DNA of 64,000 bases from Rhynchopus sp. YZ270_cl-10. Taxonomy: Eukaryota. Shown here one piece after another: positions 1 to 10,803 of this stretch. The stretch covers positions 124,001 to 188,000 of the forward strand of contig OZ037843.1 of NCBI GenBank assembly GCA_964035575.1, in the 5' to 3' direction. The stretch's first letter is position 1. Every line of letters starts with the position of its first letter. The translations under genes were made by a program, and so were the position numbers. The notes under the pieces were generated by a model that saw only the letters and a list, made by a program, of their open reading frames with translations, was not told the origin of the DNA and made no database searches.

Positions 1-112
1 AATCACTTTTTATTACAACATCACAGCAAAAATAATATTTTTGCTCTGTGTTTTTGGTACGTTTTAGTACGTTTTTTTGCGCGTTTTTGTTACGTTTTTA
101 TGACGTTTTTTA

Positions 113-1967
113 TGGGGTGTCCCCAACCCCGGTGAAATCCGGGCGAAATCGGGTGAAATCGGGCGAAATCGGGCAGAAACAGGGTTTTTTGGCTTCTGTG
201 AGGGTTTGGCCCAGTAAAACACCCAGAAACCGCGCTTTTCGAGATTTCCGGGCTGGGTCTGGGTGAAATAAAAACAAGTAATTGCTATCGGAAAAAAAAC
301 GGGGTGTGATGTGGAACTCCATCCTGTAGAAATAATCTACAACACGCCCAGCATTCTGCTCTTCTGCAGGTATTCTAACGCTCTTCGTACGCTGCCAGAC
401 CCACTGGGACGCCAGCATCTGAAACGTTCAAGAAGGGGGGCTGTCCTCTTCTTCCAGCACCATCTGCTCGATAGCGTTGTTGGACGCCCGCTCGGCAGGC
501 TCGGCGTGTTCCAGCTCGTTTTTGTCCACAGGCTCCCCACATTGTCGTCGTCGTTGGAGCAGTGCGGAAGGAACACAGAATGCACAGACTACAACACATC
601 GATCACACCAGGCGCATCAGCACCTCCAGCAAATCGCCAGGATGCTACGGTGGTTTTGAAAATCGCGCGGAGTTTTCCACAGCACACCCCGCTTTTTTCT
701 TAGCAATTACTTGTCCTTGTTGTTATTGTTGTTTTCAACCACCTTCCTTCAACCCTTGTAGGATCAGTTGTTATATTTTTCGCGAAAACATGAAATTACA
801 CATTTCAAGAGAACAAATTAAAAAGGGTCCTTATTTGCATTTTTGGGCTCCGCCCGTGCAGTGGTGGGGTCAATCTCGAAAATTGGACAATTTTTTGACC
901 ACTTAAATTTTGAGAAATATGAGCCCGGTTGCTTATACGTGGGGCCCATTTTCGGCTAAAATTTTCCTCAAAATCTGGTTTTGTAAAATTGACCCTTTAC
1001 TCCCCCCCCACATCGATTTCAATACTATACCTTACTTCACCTACGGTTGCCCTTACAGGGGGGTGAAGGAAGGTAAGTTGAAAAATCGGCCACTTTCGTT
1101 GAGCAGAACCCCTTTAGGTGACTCACTGTACACAGTACACAGTACACAGTACACAGTACACAGTACACAGTACACAGTACACAGTACACAGTACACAGTA
1201 CACAGTACACAGTACACAGTACACAGTACACAGTACACAGTACACAGTACACAGTACACAGTACACAGTACACAGTACACAGTACACAGTACACAGTACA
1301 CAGTACACAGTACACAGTACACAGTACACAGTACACAGTACACAGTACACAGTACACAGTACACAGTACACAGTACACAGTACACAGTACACAGTACACA
1401 GTACACAGTACACAGTACACAGTACACAGTACACAGTACACAGTACACAGTACACAGTACACAGTACACAGTACACAGTACACAGTACACAGTACACAGT
1501 ACACAGTACACAGTACACAGTACACAGTACACAGTACACAGTACACAGTACACAGTACACAGTACACAGTACACAGTTTGGGTGGGTATTGGCACAAACC
1601 ATTGTAGGTACACGCGCCAATAACGTTCAACCCGCTCCTCCAGGCTGTTTCCTAATTCTGGAAATTTTCCGGAAAATTCCGACATCTGGAAGCAAATATT
1701 TTCCCTGAAAAAAAGTGGGCTCCAAAACATGCCGCGATTGGCGTTTCCGGAATCCGTCCGCGCTGTGGTGGGGCCACTTTGCCGAAATGGCCAAGTTCTT
1801 GGTTTTGGTCAAACCCCGCCCAAGCTCCCCACCGCCAACCCAAAAAAAGGAATTTTTGAAATCCGGGCGAAATCGGGCGAAATCGGGTGAAATTGGGTTC
1901 AGGTGGGCACAGGTGGGCCCAGGTGGGCTCTAGGGGGGCGATTGTGGGCTGGTCTCGGGACACCACA
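113..1967. mobile_element. Possible non-autonomous DNA element (imperfect TIRs) containing the satellite
   Basis: Imperfect inverted ends TGGGGTGTCCCCAACCC (113) and GGTCTCGGGACACCACA (1951-1967). GAAATCGGGC/T subrepeats lie near both ends. Internal segments ~828-961 and ~1725-1813 match the element at 7152-8002. No clear TSD. Confidence 0.4.
1128..1577. repeat. Perfect 7-bp tandem satellite (GTACACA)n, ~64 copies
   Basis: Uninterrupted ACACAGT repetition over ~450 bp; it generates the spurious TVHSTQY/CVLCTVY ORFs. Confidence 0.98.
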
Positions 1968-3027
1968 ATTTTATTAAAAACATTTTTTGATTATTTTGCG
2001 CGTTTTTTGATTATTTTTGCGCGTTTTACGTACGTACCAACATGTATGTTGAACTGTGTAATTTTAGGTATTCAAAAATAACAACTGATCCCACAGGGCA
2101 GTTCTGATTTTTCTTCTTTGGGGTGATATTATTACATTACACCTTCATCCTCGATGCAGGGGTACTTTTCAAACCTTCTTTCCTTACTTCAAAAACTCTC
2201 TCTTTTTTAAGTTCTAATTATTTGGTTTTGGTTGAGACACATCAATGGTGTCGGTTCTGTGGAATCACTGAACCACCCATATCCTGTATCACATCGTTGA
2301 TTATTCTTTCCTGCGTTGACTGCAGGAAAGTTCGCGAGCTATCGCGACCAGGGTTTTTAAAGATGAAAAGCAGAGAGTTAAAAAAGGAGAAAGAACAGCA
2401 AAAAAACATTGTGTGAAAAAGTTTTTTCTGTCAAGTGTTTTTGTGCGTTAGCGGAGAAGAAAACAGTTTTCGATAAAAGACTCCTGCGTCGGTTTTCTCT
2501 TTCAAAAAAAACATTCGCAAAACCCAAAACGCGAATCGCAAAAAATCGCAAAAAAATCTTGAGCATCTGGAAGGTGGTGATGACGAGTGTGAGGATAACA
2601 TGCAGATGACATGCAGAACCATAGCATCATGTAAATATTGCATACTTACATAATATTATTATTACTCGTACAAATGAACTAAAACATTGAGGTCTTGGAA
2701 AAGACGCTCCTGATGGTCACCCAGATGAACTCAAGACAGTGTAGTGTCTGTAATGCAATAGAGAAGTCTGCAAGACATACATGGGGCCTTCTTTCAAATG
2801 ATGTAACGTGAATGAAACGTTACAGGATTATGACATTGCTTGGCATTTGGTTGTGGCCTTTGTAATGGGGGTATTGGCCTCACACTAAGTTTTTTAACCC
2901 CCCTGAAAAATCATTTGTGGGCCAGATTTTCAAAAAAATAGTTGACGAAAAACGTGTTCCACGTCCTGTTGCATCCGGGGGCCCTTTCGTGACACTCCTC
3001 CTGAAACTCTATGAAGGACAATAGGCC

Positions 3028-5664
3028 TCAGTGCAATGCCACAACGAACGGTGCGTAAGCCTTCGCCGTCACGTAGCCGGTAAGCTCTTCGTAAGGTGTG
3101 CGTTGGTCCTGAGCGACGCTGTCCAGCAGAGAAGACGCCTTCTCAAAGTCCTGTTTGATGATGTGCTCGAAGACCTCGTTCCACAGTGCGTGCGGGTTGT
3201 TTGAGGCAGACTCCAGCTGGTACATCCACTCCTCGTTTTCGCTGGTGCACAGACCCTTCACAGCAAACACAGTCTGCACATTCTCACTCAACTTCTGGTA
3301 CAGCACAGCACCCACACACTGGAGCACTACCTGTCCCTCAGCCTCACGTGATACGTTACGGTCAATGACACCAGGCAGGTTCTCCTTCTTGTTCCAACGC
3401 TCAAGCACAACCACCCACGACATGGACTGCGAAAGAATCGACACTTTCTTCATCCCGTTGCAGCCCATGTTCCCGACACGTGCCTCGCCTGTCGTGCACC
3501 CATACGAGATCTTGTGCACATCACCAAATGCTGTTGCAACTTCGTGTGCAGCCTTCACACAGGAAACACTGTGCGACGGCTTCGGAACAAAGGCGTTGAA
3601 GGTGGCAAGCATCTTGTCGCCAGCAAACGTGTCGCACACACCCTTGTTGCGCTGCACTGCTGTCAGGATCGTCTCAATCACACCTGCGTGTGCGGAGAGC
3701 ACCTCTGCGTCCTTGTGCTTCTTGCAGAAGGCGTGCCACGACACGACGTTCATGTGTGCCAGCGACACCTTCTTCTTCTTCATCCCTTCCACACGCAGCA
3801 GTGCCTTCTGGTTCTGCACCACCTCTGAGCTGTGCGCCATCGAGGCCGCGCAATGGGATGAGGCACCAGACCCCCCCTTTGTTCTCGACTTCCGCGTGGA
3901 CTCGGCTGATTCTGTGGGTTCTTCCTCCTCCTCTTTGTCACTGTCGTTGACAAGCACACTCTGTGGCATGTAGTTCCGGTACTCCACCAGGTTCGCCACC
4001 ATGGTAACAAAGCTGCGCTGCATCATCCCCACTTCACTCAGCTGCGACACTGCACGGCCCGTGTCCACAGCCTCCAGGTCCATCACAGCCACACTTGCCA
4101 TCTCACTCCCAAGCTTCAGCAGAGGTGACGTGATGTAACGTGTGAACACAACAGCAATGGCAAGAAGTCCTATCACCGCAACAGCCGTCACAATCACCAT
4201 CACAGTCACCGCATCCTCCTTCTGTGCGTCTGCAGAGGACAGATCTGATGCCACCTTCGCACGGATTGCACTCGTCGACGCATCAATCGTATCCATCACA
4301 GACGCCCGAGGCACAAGAAGGGTTGAATACCAGAAGATAGTGCTGTGTTCAATTTCCGACGTGATTGTCCAGAAGTCCGTGCCGTTCGAGTCAGACCACT
4401 TCAGGAAGGAGTCCTCTGTCTTCTCCACAAGGTCTTTGTAGTTCTGCGGGTGTGTGAACACAAACCGCCCGTGCTCTGCAATCACTGAGGGGATGTGCGA
4501 CGTCGCGTCTTCCATCGAGTGGTTCGTGATGTTCATGCTCGATGCCATTAGTATAATCCTGCCCCGCCGGGTGGTTCTCGTCGACGTCACCACCTGCCGT
4601 CCGCTGTTGTACGCGACAAGTGTCCCCACTGCACCAGACACACGGTCGTCCTCCACCAGGTACAGCGACGTGCCCTTCGGGAGCAGCTGTGCACGCACCA
4701 CGTCGGCCACCCCTTCTGCAGTCACGGTAGCACCGACGGAACCCACACGCTTGCCCTGCTTGGGGAACAGCGTGTACATATCTGGGTGGGTGTAGGTGTA
4801 GGTGAGCTCCCAGGACACGGTGTCCCAGGAGACCTGCATGCTTGAGTAGACGAGCGTGTCTGCAGGGTTCAGGGGTGGCTCATCGGCACTCAGGTAGTGC
4901 AGCTGTTTCCCACGCTGGGCAATGACCGGGTTGTCAAGGGGTTCGATGGCGGAGACGGGGAAGATGCACAATCCACGCAGCAAATCTTTGTTGTAGTCAG
5001 GGAAGTAGTTTCACGGCAGTGTGGGGTTTCTGATGTCGCCCAGTTCGTTGGTTTCTGTGAAGAGGACGAAGTCGGAAAGTCCCTCTGCCAGCGTCAGGCG
5101 GTCACGTGTCTCGGACATCATAAGAATCTTCGTGCCGTTCGTAGGTAGCACACCACTCGCAGCGGTCGCTATCTTGTGTGAAGTGCGCCAGCCCCACCCT
5201 GCAAACCCGTCACCCCTCTTCCACGGAACAGGATGTGTTGCACACCACGCGTAAGTTTCGTGATTCATGTCGGTTACCCCAGCCGTCATCCCAGCCCTAA
5301 AAGCAGACATGACTGCAGGACGCATTATTGTGCGAGAAAAGGCGGGGCTTGTGGTGATGTTTGGGTGGTGTGCCTGTGCCAGGTTGGCAAGCGAGATCAC
5401 AAGCTGCTCAGGCACCTTCAGGTACTCCTTCACTGCCGTGTCCACGTTGCCAAGAACAGAGCGCAGGTAGCGTGCCGAGACCGTTTCGATGTCCGCCGTA
5501 CCACTGTCGAGACACATCCCGAAGCCCTCGTCACCTGTGTCACGTGCCTTCTCCAGAAGGTCGTCCCATGTTGACAGAGTGAAGCCACCGATGATCGCAC
5601 CTGTCGACAGAATCAGCACCACACACAGCAGTATTGTCAGCGACTGGATCCCGCATGACACCAT
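3028..5664 (-). pseudogene. Receptor-type adenylate/guanylate cyclase-like gene, copy A, with an in-frame TGA at codon 218 (878 aa if read through)
   Basis: ORFs 5011..5736 and 3028..4983 are in the same frame, separated only by TGA at 5013-5011. The gene is colinear with the 871-aa paralog, starts at MVSCG (ATG at 5664), and has TM1, an ectodomain, TM2, HAMP-like and cyclase-like segments (TFAGDKMLATF; GCTTGEARVGNMG). Confidence 0.75.
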
Positions 5665-6038
5665 TGTTCTGAGGTGTACAGAAAGGGAAGAGAGTGTCTG
5701 TGGATGTGTGGTGGTGTGTGGGGTGTGGGACAGCATAACAACAAAAACAACTATGGGGTGATTTGGGGTCTTTTTTTTTCCATTTTATTTTTCCTTCCTT
5801 CAAAACTTCACACACAACGCTTTTTTGGTTTTTGGGAGACACACAAGGTGCCAGGTTCTATGGTAAGCACGGAACCACCCTGCACCTGTTTGTCATGTTG
5901 TTTCCCGTGCAATACATGGAGAAACGTTTCGCACTCGAAACAAGGAAAGCTTTTTTAATAAAAAATGAACGAAGCACAAAAACAAGCGTGTGTGGAAGAA
6001 AAAAGAAAAGGGAAAATATTTTTTCTGATTCAGTAGTG

Positions 6039-6437
6039 TAGGGGAGACTATGCACCGGCTATTCCTTCATTTGGCTCGGAAAATTTGGCGCCTTTCGGCA
6101 AAAAAACCCAAAAATAGATGAAACTACTCTATATACCCCACCAAAAATCACTTTCCGCCGGGTTTCAGGCACTTTTGAGCCTTTTTTCTTCAATTTTTTT
6201 TTTTGAAAAAAATCTGCAAAAAAACTGAAAATGGCAAAGGCAAATCCAGCGTAAAATGACAATTTTCAACAAAATGTGCGTTTAAATGTGCCAACGGGCA
6301 GCATTTTGTTTAAATTTTTGCTCATTTGAGTCCACAGAGTCCCAAAAAATGCATTGCCGGGGTCGTAGGTCAAAAAAGACTTAGAAATTTCAATTTAAAA
6401 TCAAAAGGAGCCAAAATTACCGGTATAGGCTCCCCTA
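6039..6437. mobile_element. hAT-type MITE, 399 bp
   Basis: TIRs TAGGGGAGACTAT...ATAGGCTCCCCTA; 8-bp direct repeat CAGTAGTG at 6031-6038 and 6438-6445. Confidence 0.85.
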
Positions 6438-7151
6438 CAGTAGTGTTTATGTTTTGGGTACGGGGCGGAGAATAAAATCTGTTCGATAAAAGAAACGCAA
6501 GCTTTTTGTTTTATCTTGCAAAATTCACTAGAGATTGACAGAAATTCACACAAAATCACAAAAATTTACAAAACCTTCACACATGACATGATGTGGCATA
6601 TCACATTTATTTCTTCCACCCCTCGATGTGAATTTTCGTGTGCTTCGGTGGCTTTCGGGTGCAGTGCACGGTCACGTACGTGCGCCCACACCCCACATTC
6701 AGTATCCGACGAAAAAGGTTGATGAAATAAATTGAGTATTTTTGTTGGAAACGTTCAGCTCTGTTGTGGAGGGGGTCTTTTGTTGCTAGCTACTTCAGGC
6801 TCGAGACAAACCATGTACACAAAAAGTTAAAGATACACTCAGACACACGTAATGAGACACAATTATACGATCATTATCGAGCAGCATGACGTCAGCTGCT
6901 TGACGAACTTTATTAAAAAAACAAGCAATGTAGTGCACAGAAATCAATTATTACACCGATAGACAAAGAAAGTTAAAATACACTCAGCCCGATTGACGCT
7001 CGATCACAGAAAATGATCATCTCACACCAAAAGCGTGCCATGTAGGGAGACACACGATTTTGACGTCAAACAGTAATAGAGAAAGAAGTTGTGGTGTGGC
7101 CGACGACCCCAAAATAGCAGAAAATAGCACAAAATAGCACCTCCCTTCAGC

Positions 7152-8002
7152 CAGGGCTATTTCTAAATATGGGGTCCGGGGGGCCCAAAATCCAACCCGG
7201 ACACAAATTTTTTGGCAGATTTATTTTGTGCCAAAAACGTCCTTATTTGCATTTTTGGGATTCACCCGCGCAGTGGTGGGGTCAATCTCGAAAATTGGAC
7301 AATTTTTTGACCACTTAAATTTTTTGAAAATATGAGCCCGGTCACTAATACGTGGAGCCCATTTTCGGCCAAAAATGCTGCTCAAAAAAATTTTACCCTG
7401 AAAATTTTTCAGCCCCAAAACATACCGCGATTGGCATTTCCGGAATCTGTCCGCGCTGTGGTGGGGTCAATTTGCCGAAATGGCCAAGTTCTTGGTTTTG
7501 GTCAAAATGAGTGTAAGGTAAAGGGGCCAAGGTAAATCCCACAACCCAGATTTTCTCCCCCAGATGCTGAAACATGAAAATGCGCGAAAACACCGGCATT
7601 TGCATTTCCAGAATCCGTCCGTTCTGTGGTGGGGTCAATTTGCAGAATTGGGCAAGTTCTTGGTTTTTGTTAAAATGAGTACGGTGCCAGTGTGATGTTA
7701 GTGTAGAGAACAAGTTTTCTAAGAAACCCCCTCATAGCGCCTCCGGCACGCGGCCTGGTGCGCCCGCTAGGATTTTTCAGAAAACACCAAAACCCCCGTT
7801 ATTTGCACAATCTGGAAGAAAACTTTTCAACACAAAAAAAATCGGCAACTTTCTTCAAGCAGAAAGCCCACCCCCCTCTCTGTAAGTACTGTAGTACGTG
7901 CAAATTTTTTGGCAGCCCTGTATATAAGCCCCGTGCAAATTTTTTGGCAACTTTCACTTTCCAAAAATCAGGGACAGGGACAGGTTTTTAGAAATAGCCC
8001 TG
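7152..8002. mobile_element. hAT-type non-autonomous transposon, 851 bp
   Basis: Perfect 16-bp TIR CAGGGCTATTTCTAAA/TTTAGAAATAGCCCTG; 8-bp TSD CCTTCAGC at 7144-7151 and 8003-8010; three internal GTGGTGGGGTCAAT subrepeats. Confidence 0.92.
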
Positions 8003-9917
8003 CCTTCAGCCGCACCAAAAAATATTTTCAGCCACACCAAGTTGACTTGAAATACAAAGCGGGACTGTGTCGGGACTCATTTCTGAGCATAAAATGACCC
8101 CCCCTCACAGCACGCATAGACTCCCAACTATCGAGAAGAAAATAATTCCCGATTTTTGCGAAACGGTGCCAAAAACGTACAAATTCCGGGTGTCACACGA
8201 TTCTTTTTACGCCTTGTCCAACAACCGAAAACTTCTGTTAGCCAAAGTTGCAAACCGTTCGGGGGGAGGGGACCGAGGGGATTCTCAAAATCCGGCCGGA
8301 TTTTATCCGTTGAAAGTAAAAAAGAGGCATCTCCTTCTGGAAACACAAAAAACAAAACAAAAACACATATCACGAAGCGGAAGCTTTTTAACATTCCATG
8401 TTATCGTTTTGTGTGTTGTGGGAGCAAGAGAAAGTGTCTGAGAGCTATTTTTCATATTTCTGGACACCATCTGCAGTCGTGTGGGTGATCTCCCCCTTTA
8501 TTGTGGGCGAAGCGATCACTAAAGACGCAGAATGAGAGCAACAGCGCAAGGTGCTACCAAACATCTTGGCATGGGGAGCAAGGATGGGTGGGTGTGAACG
8601 CAAACGAGACAAACGCTGTGGCGGCTATATTTGCAGACACTTGAGCGGATGTACCCGAAGGAAAAAATATAATTCACAGCAACAAAGGTGTGAGGGAGAA
8701 ACGGGAAAGAAAGCGAATAAAAGCGAAAAAAAATAATGTTTTTCTGAACGTGTTGTTAGTAAAAACGGGGGCGGGGAAAAAATCGCAAATAGCAAAATGG
8801 GAAAAGTTGGAACGATTCCTCCACTCAGGTCACACTTTTGAAAAAATATAAAAGATCCTCTCGAAATAGTTCAAGATTGAACTGAGAGAAAGAAGAAACC
8901 CCAAACCCTCCCAGACCAAACGGTCTAACCTGTTGTATTGACATAGTGTGGGGGAGAATGAGGAGCACGAGAATCGTCTTCGCGAATACTAAAATATTTC
9001 CTAAGATATGTCACAAAAGTGTCACGTCCCCGGGGGAAAAAAAATGTCAAAAAAAAAAGAAACCGAGAAGAAAGAAAAACAAACAAATAAGAGAACGATT
9101 CTCAACAAATACTATTGAATGATTCCACAACCCTGTCACGTGCCCCCTCAAAGCAAGGGCAAAGGAAAGCTTGCCACAGCCTTGAGGAACAACCGTAGAG
9201 ACGAAGAGCGACAAAAGAAACGTACACTAAGGTGAGCGACAGGGCACGTGAACCACCTGGAAAAATGAAAGAATTTCAAAACAAAACACAAATGCAGTAG
9301 GACAACAATAGAACAGGTCAAAGAAAAGGGCTCATTACAGCGCGTCTTGCTTCCCTTCAACGTCTTACATCAAGACCTGTACTCTAATCAACGATGGTAA
9401 TGGCACCCTGTGAGTAGGTTCCTTCATTGCCGAAAGCGTCTACGCGTACATTGTGATGGCGTAATAAGTATTTCATCATATGCAATCAATAAATTGATGG
9501 TATATGGTGAGGGATCAACAAAAATGTTCCCTTTTTTGGTGTGTGTTTTGCAAAACGTAGAAAAGAAAAGTAAAATGCTGGCGTAACAAGCAAGAAAGAG
9601 CCAAATGGGCAACCAACAACTATAAAGGAAAATAACGCTAAGTCCATCACAACACAAAATATCTAGAGAAGCAAAATCTTCCCACGAAGAAGGTACAAAC
9701 ACATGCAAACGTTGGAAACGAAAAACAAGAGACGCTGGCCATACAGCTGAAGTATGCCAACCTTAGGTTGCGTGTCGGGAAGGACCTGCCCACCATCAAA
9801 CTTAACGTAGTCGTGCACGTGACGCACGGCACCCAACTATGTATTCTAAGGGGGTGGTACACAGACGGGAATGGCGTGTCAAGCACATACCCCATGATAG
9901 CCCATCTGCCTTCAGAT

Positions 9918-10081
9918 TTTATTTCCCAACCCAACAACAACCGATGAAGACAATAACTAAAATCAAAGCGGAACAAATTTGAAGCTTTTTTGTGAGGCAC
10001 TCAACGAGTGTGCCGGCTCTGTGGCGTCACGGAGCCACCAACACTCCCCAGTCATTTTTCCTGCGCTTCCAGGAAAACTCG
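9918..10081. repeat. Dispersed hairpin-rich repeat (other copies ~42391-42557 and ~62114-62280)
   Basis: Near-identical TTTATTTCCCAACCCAACAACAAC...GAGGCACTCAACGAGTGTGCCGGCTCTGTGGCGTCACGGAG...CCAGGAAAACTCG at three loci. Confidence 0.85.
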
Positions 10082-10803
10082 GGTATGCGACTAGGGTAAG
10101 AGAAAAAAAGGATGGGTGGTGTTTTTGTGTGCTGGCGGAGAACAAAACAGTTTCCGATAAAAGGCTGCGTCAGTTTTCTCTTTCACAACAAAAAGATGTA
10201 AATTCGCATTTCTCTGACACAACCAGATAAGCAATATGGGGTAGAGTGGTGCACGTCTTCGCAGACAAGATGGTATCGTTTGAGTGGTGGAAAGTGAAAG
10301 AGCAAAATGAACTAAAACATTGAGGTCTTGGAAAAGACGCTCCTGATGGTCACCCAGATGAACTCAAGACAGTGTAGTGCCTGTAATGCAATAGAGAAGT
10401 CTGCAAGACATACATGGGGCCTTCTTTCAAATGATGTAACGTGAATGAAACGTTACAGGATTATGACATTGCTTGGCATTTGGTTGTGGCCTTTCTAATG
10501 GGGGTATTGGCCTCACACCGAATATTTGAAATCTCCGGAAAATCATTTATGGACCCTAATTTCAAAAAATAGATCGGGCCTTTTGTTTGTGCGCTCAAAG
10601 CCGGAAAACAAAAAGGTGAAAAAATTGTGTTAACTGAAGTACTTTTGTTGTGATTAATTGCGAGCTTCTGTCTTTTTCAATCCGTTTTGTTTTGCGGGTT
10701 TGCGGGTTGGCGGAATAGTTGACTAAAAACGTGTTCTCGTCCTAATTGCATCCGAAGACCTTTCGTTGCACTCTTCCTGAAACTCTATGAAGGACAATAA
10801 GCA

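Noticed and set aside
910..1730. ORFs of 165-237 aa with TVHSTQY/CVLCTVY repeats
   Set aside because: Translations of the 7-bp satellite, which has no stop codon in any frame
4984..5013. Frameshift or intron between the two cyclase A ORFs
   Set aside because: Both ORFs share a frame and align gap-free to the paralog; only a TGA codon separates them
9134..9824. Solo LTR (TGTCACGTGC...GCACGTGACG)
   Set aside because: Only a 9-bp inverted match, no TG..CA closure and no TSD
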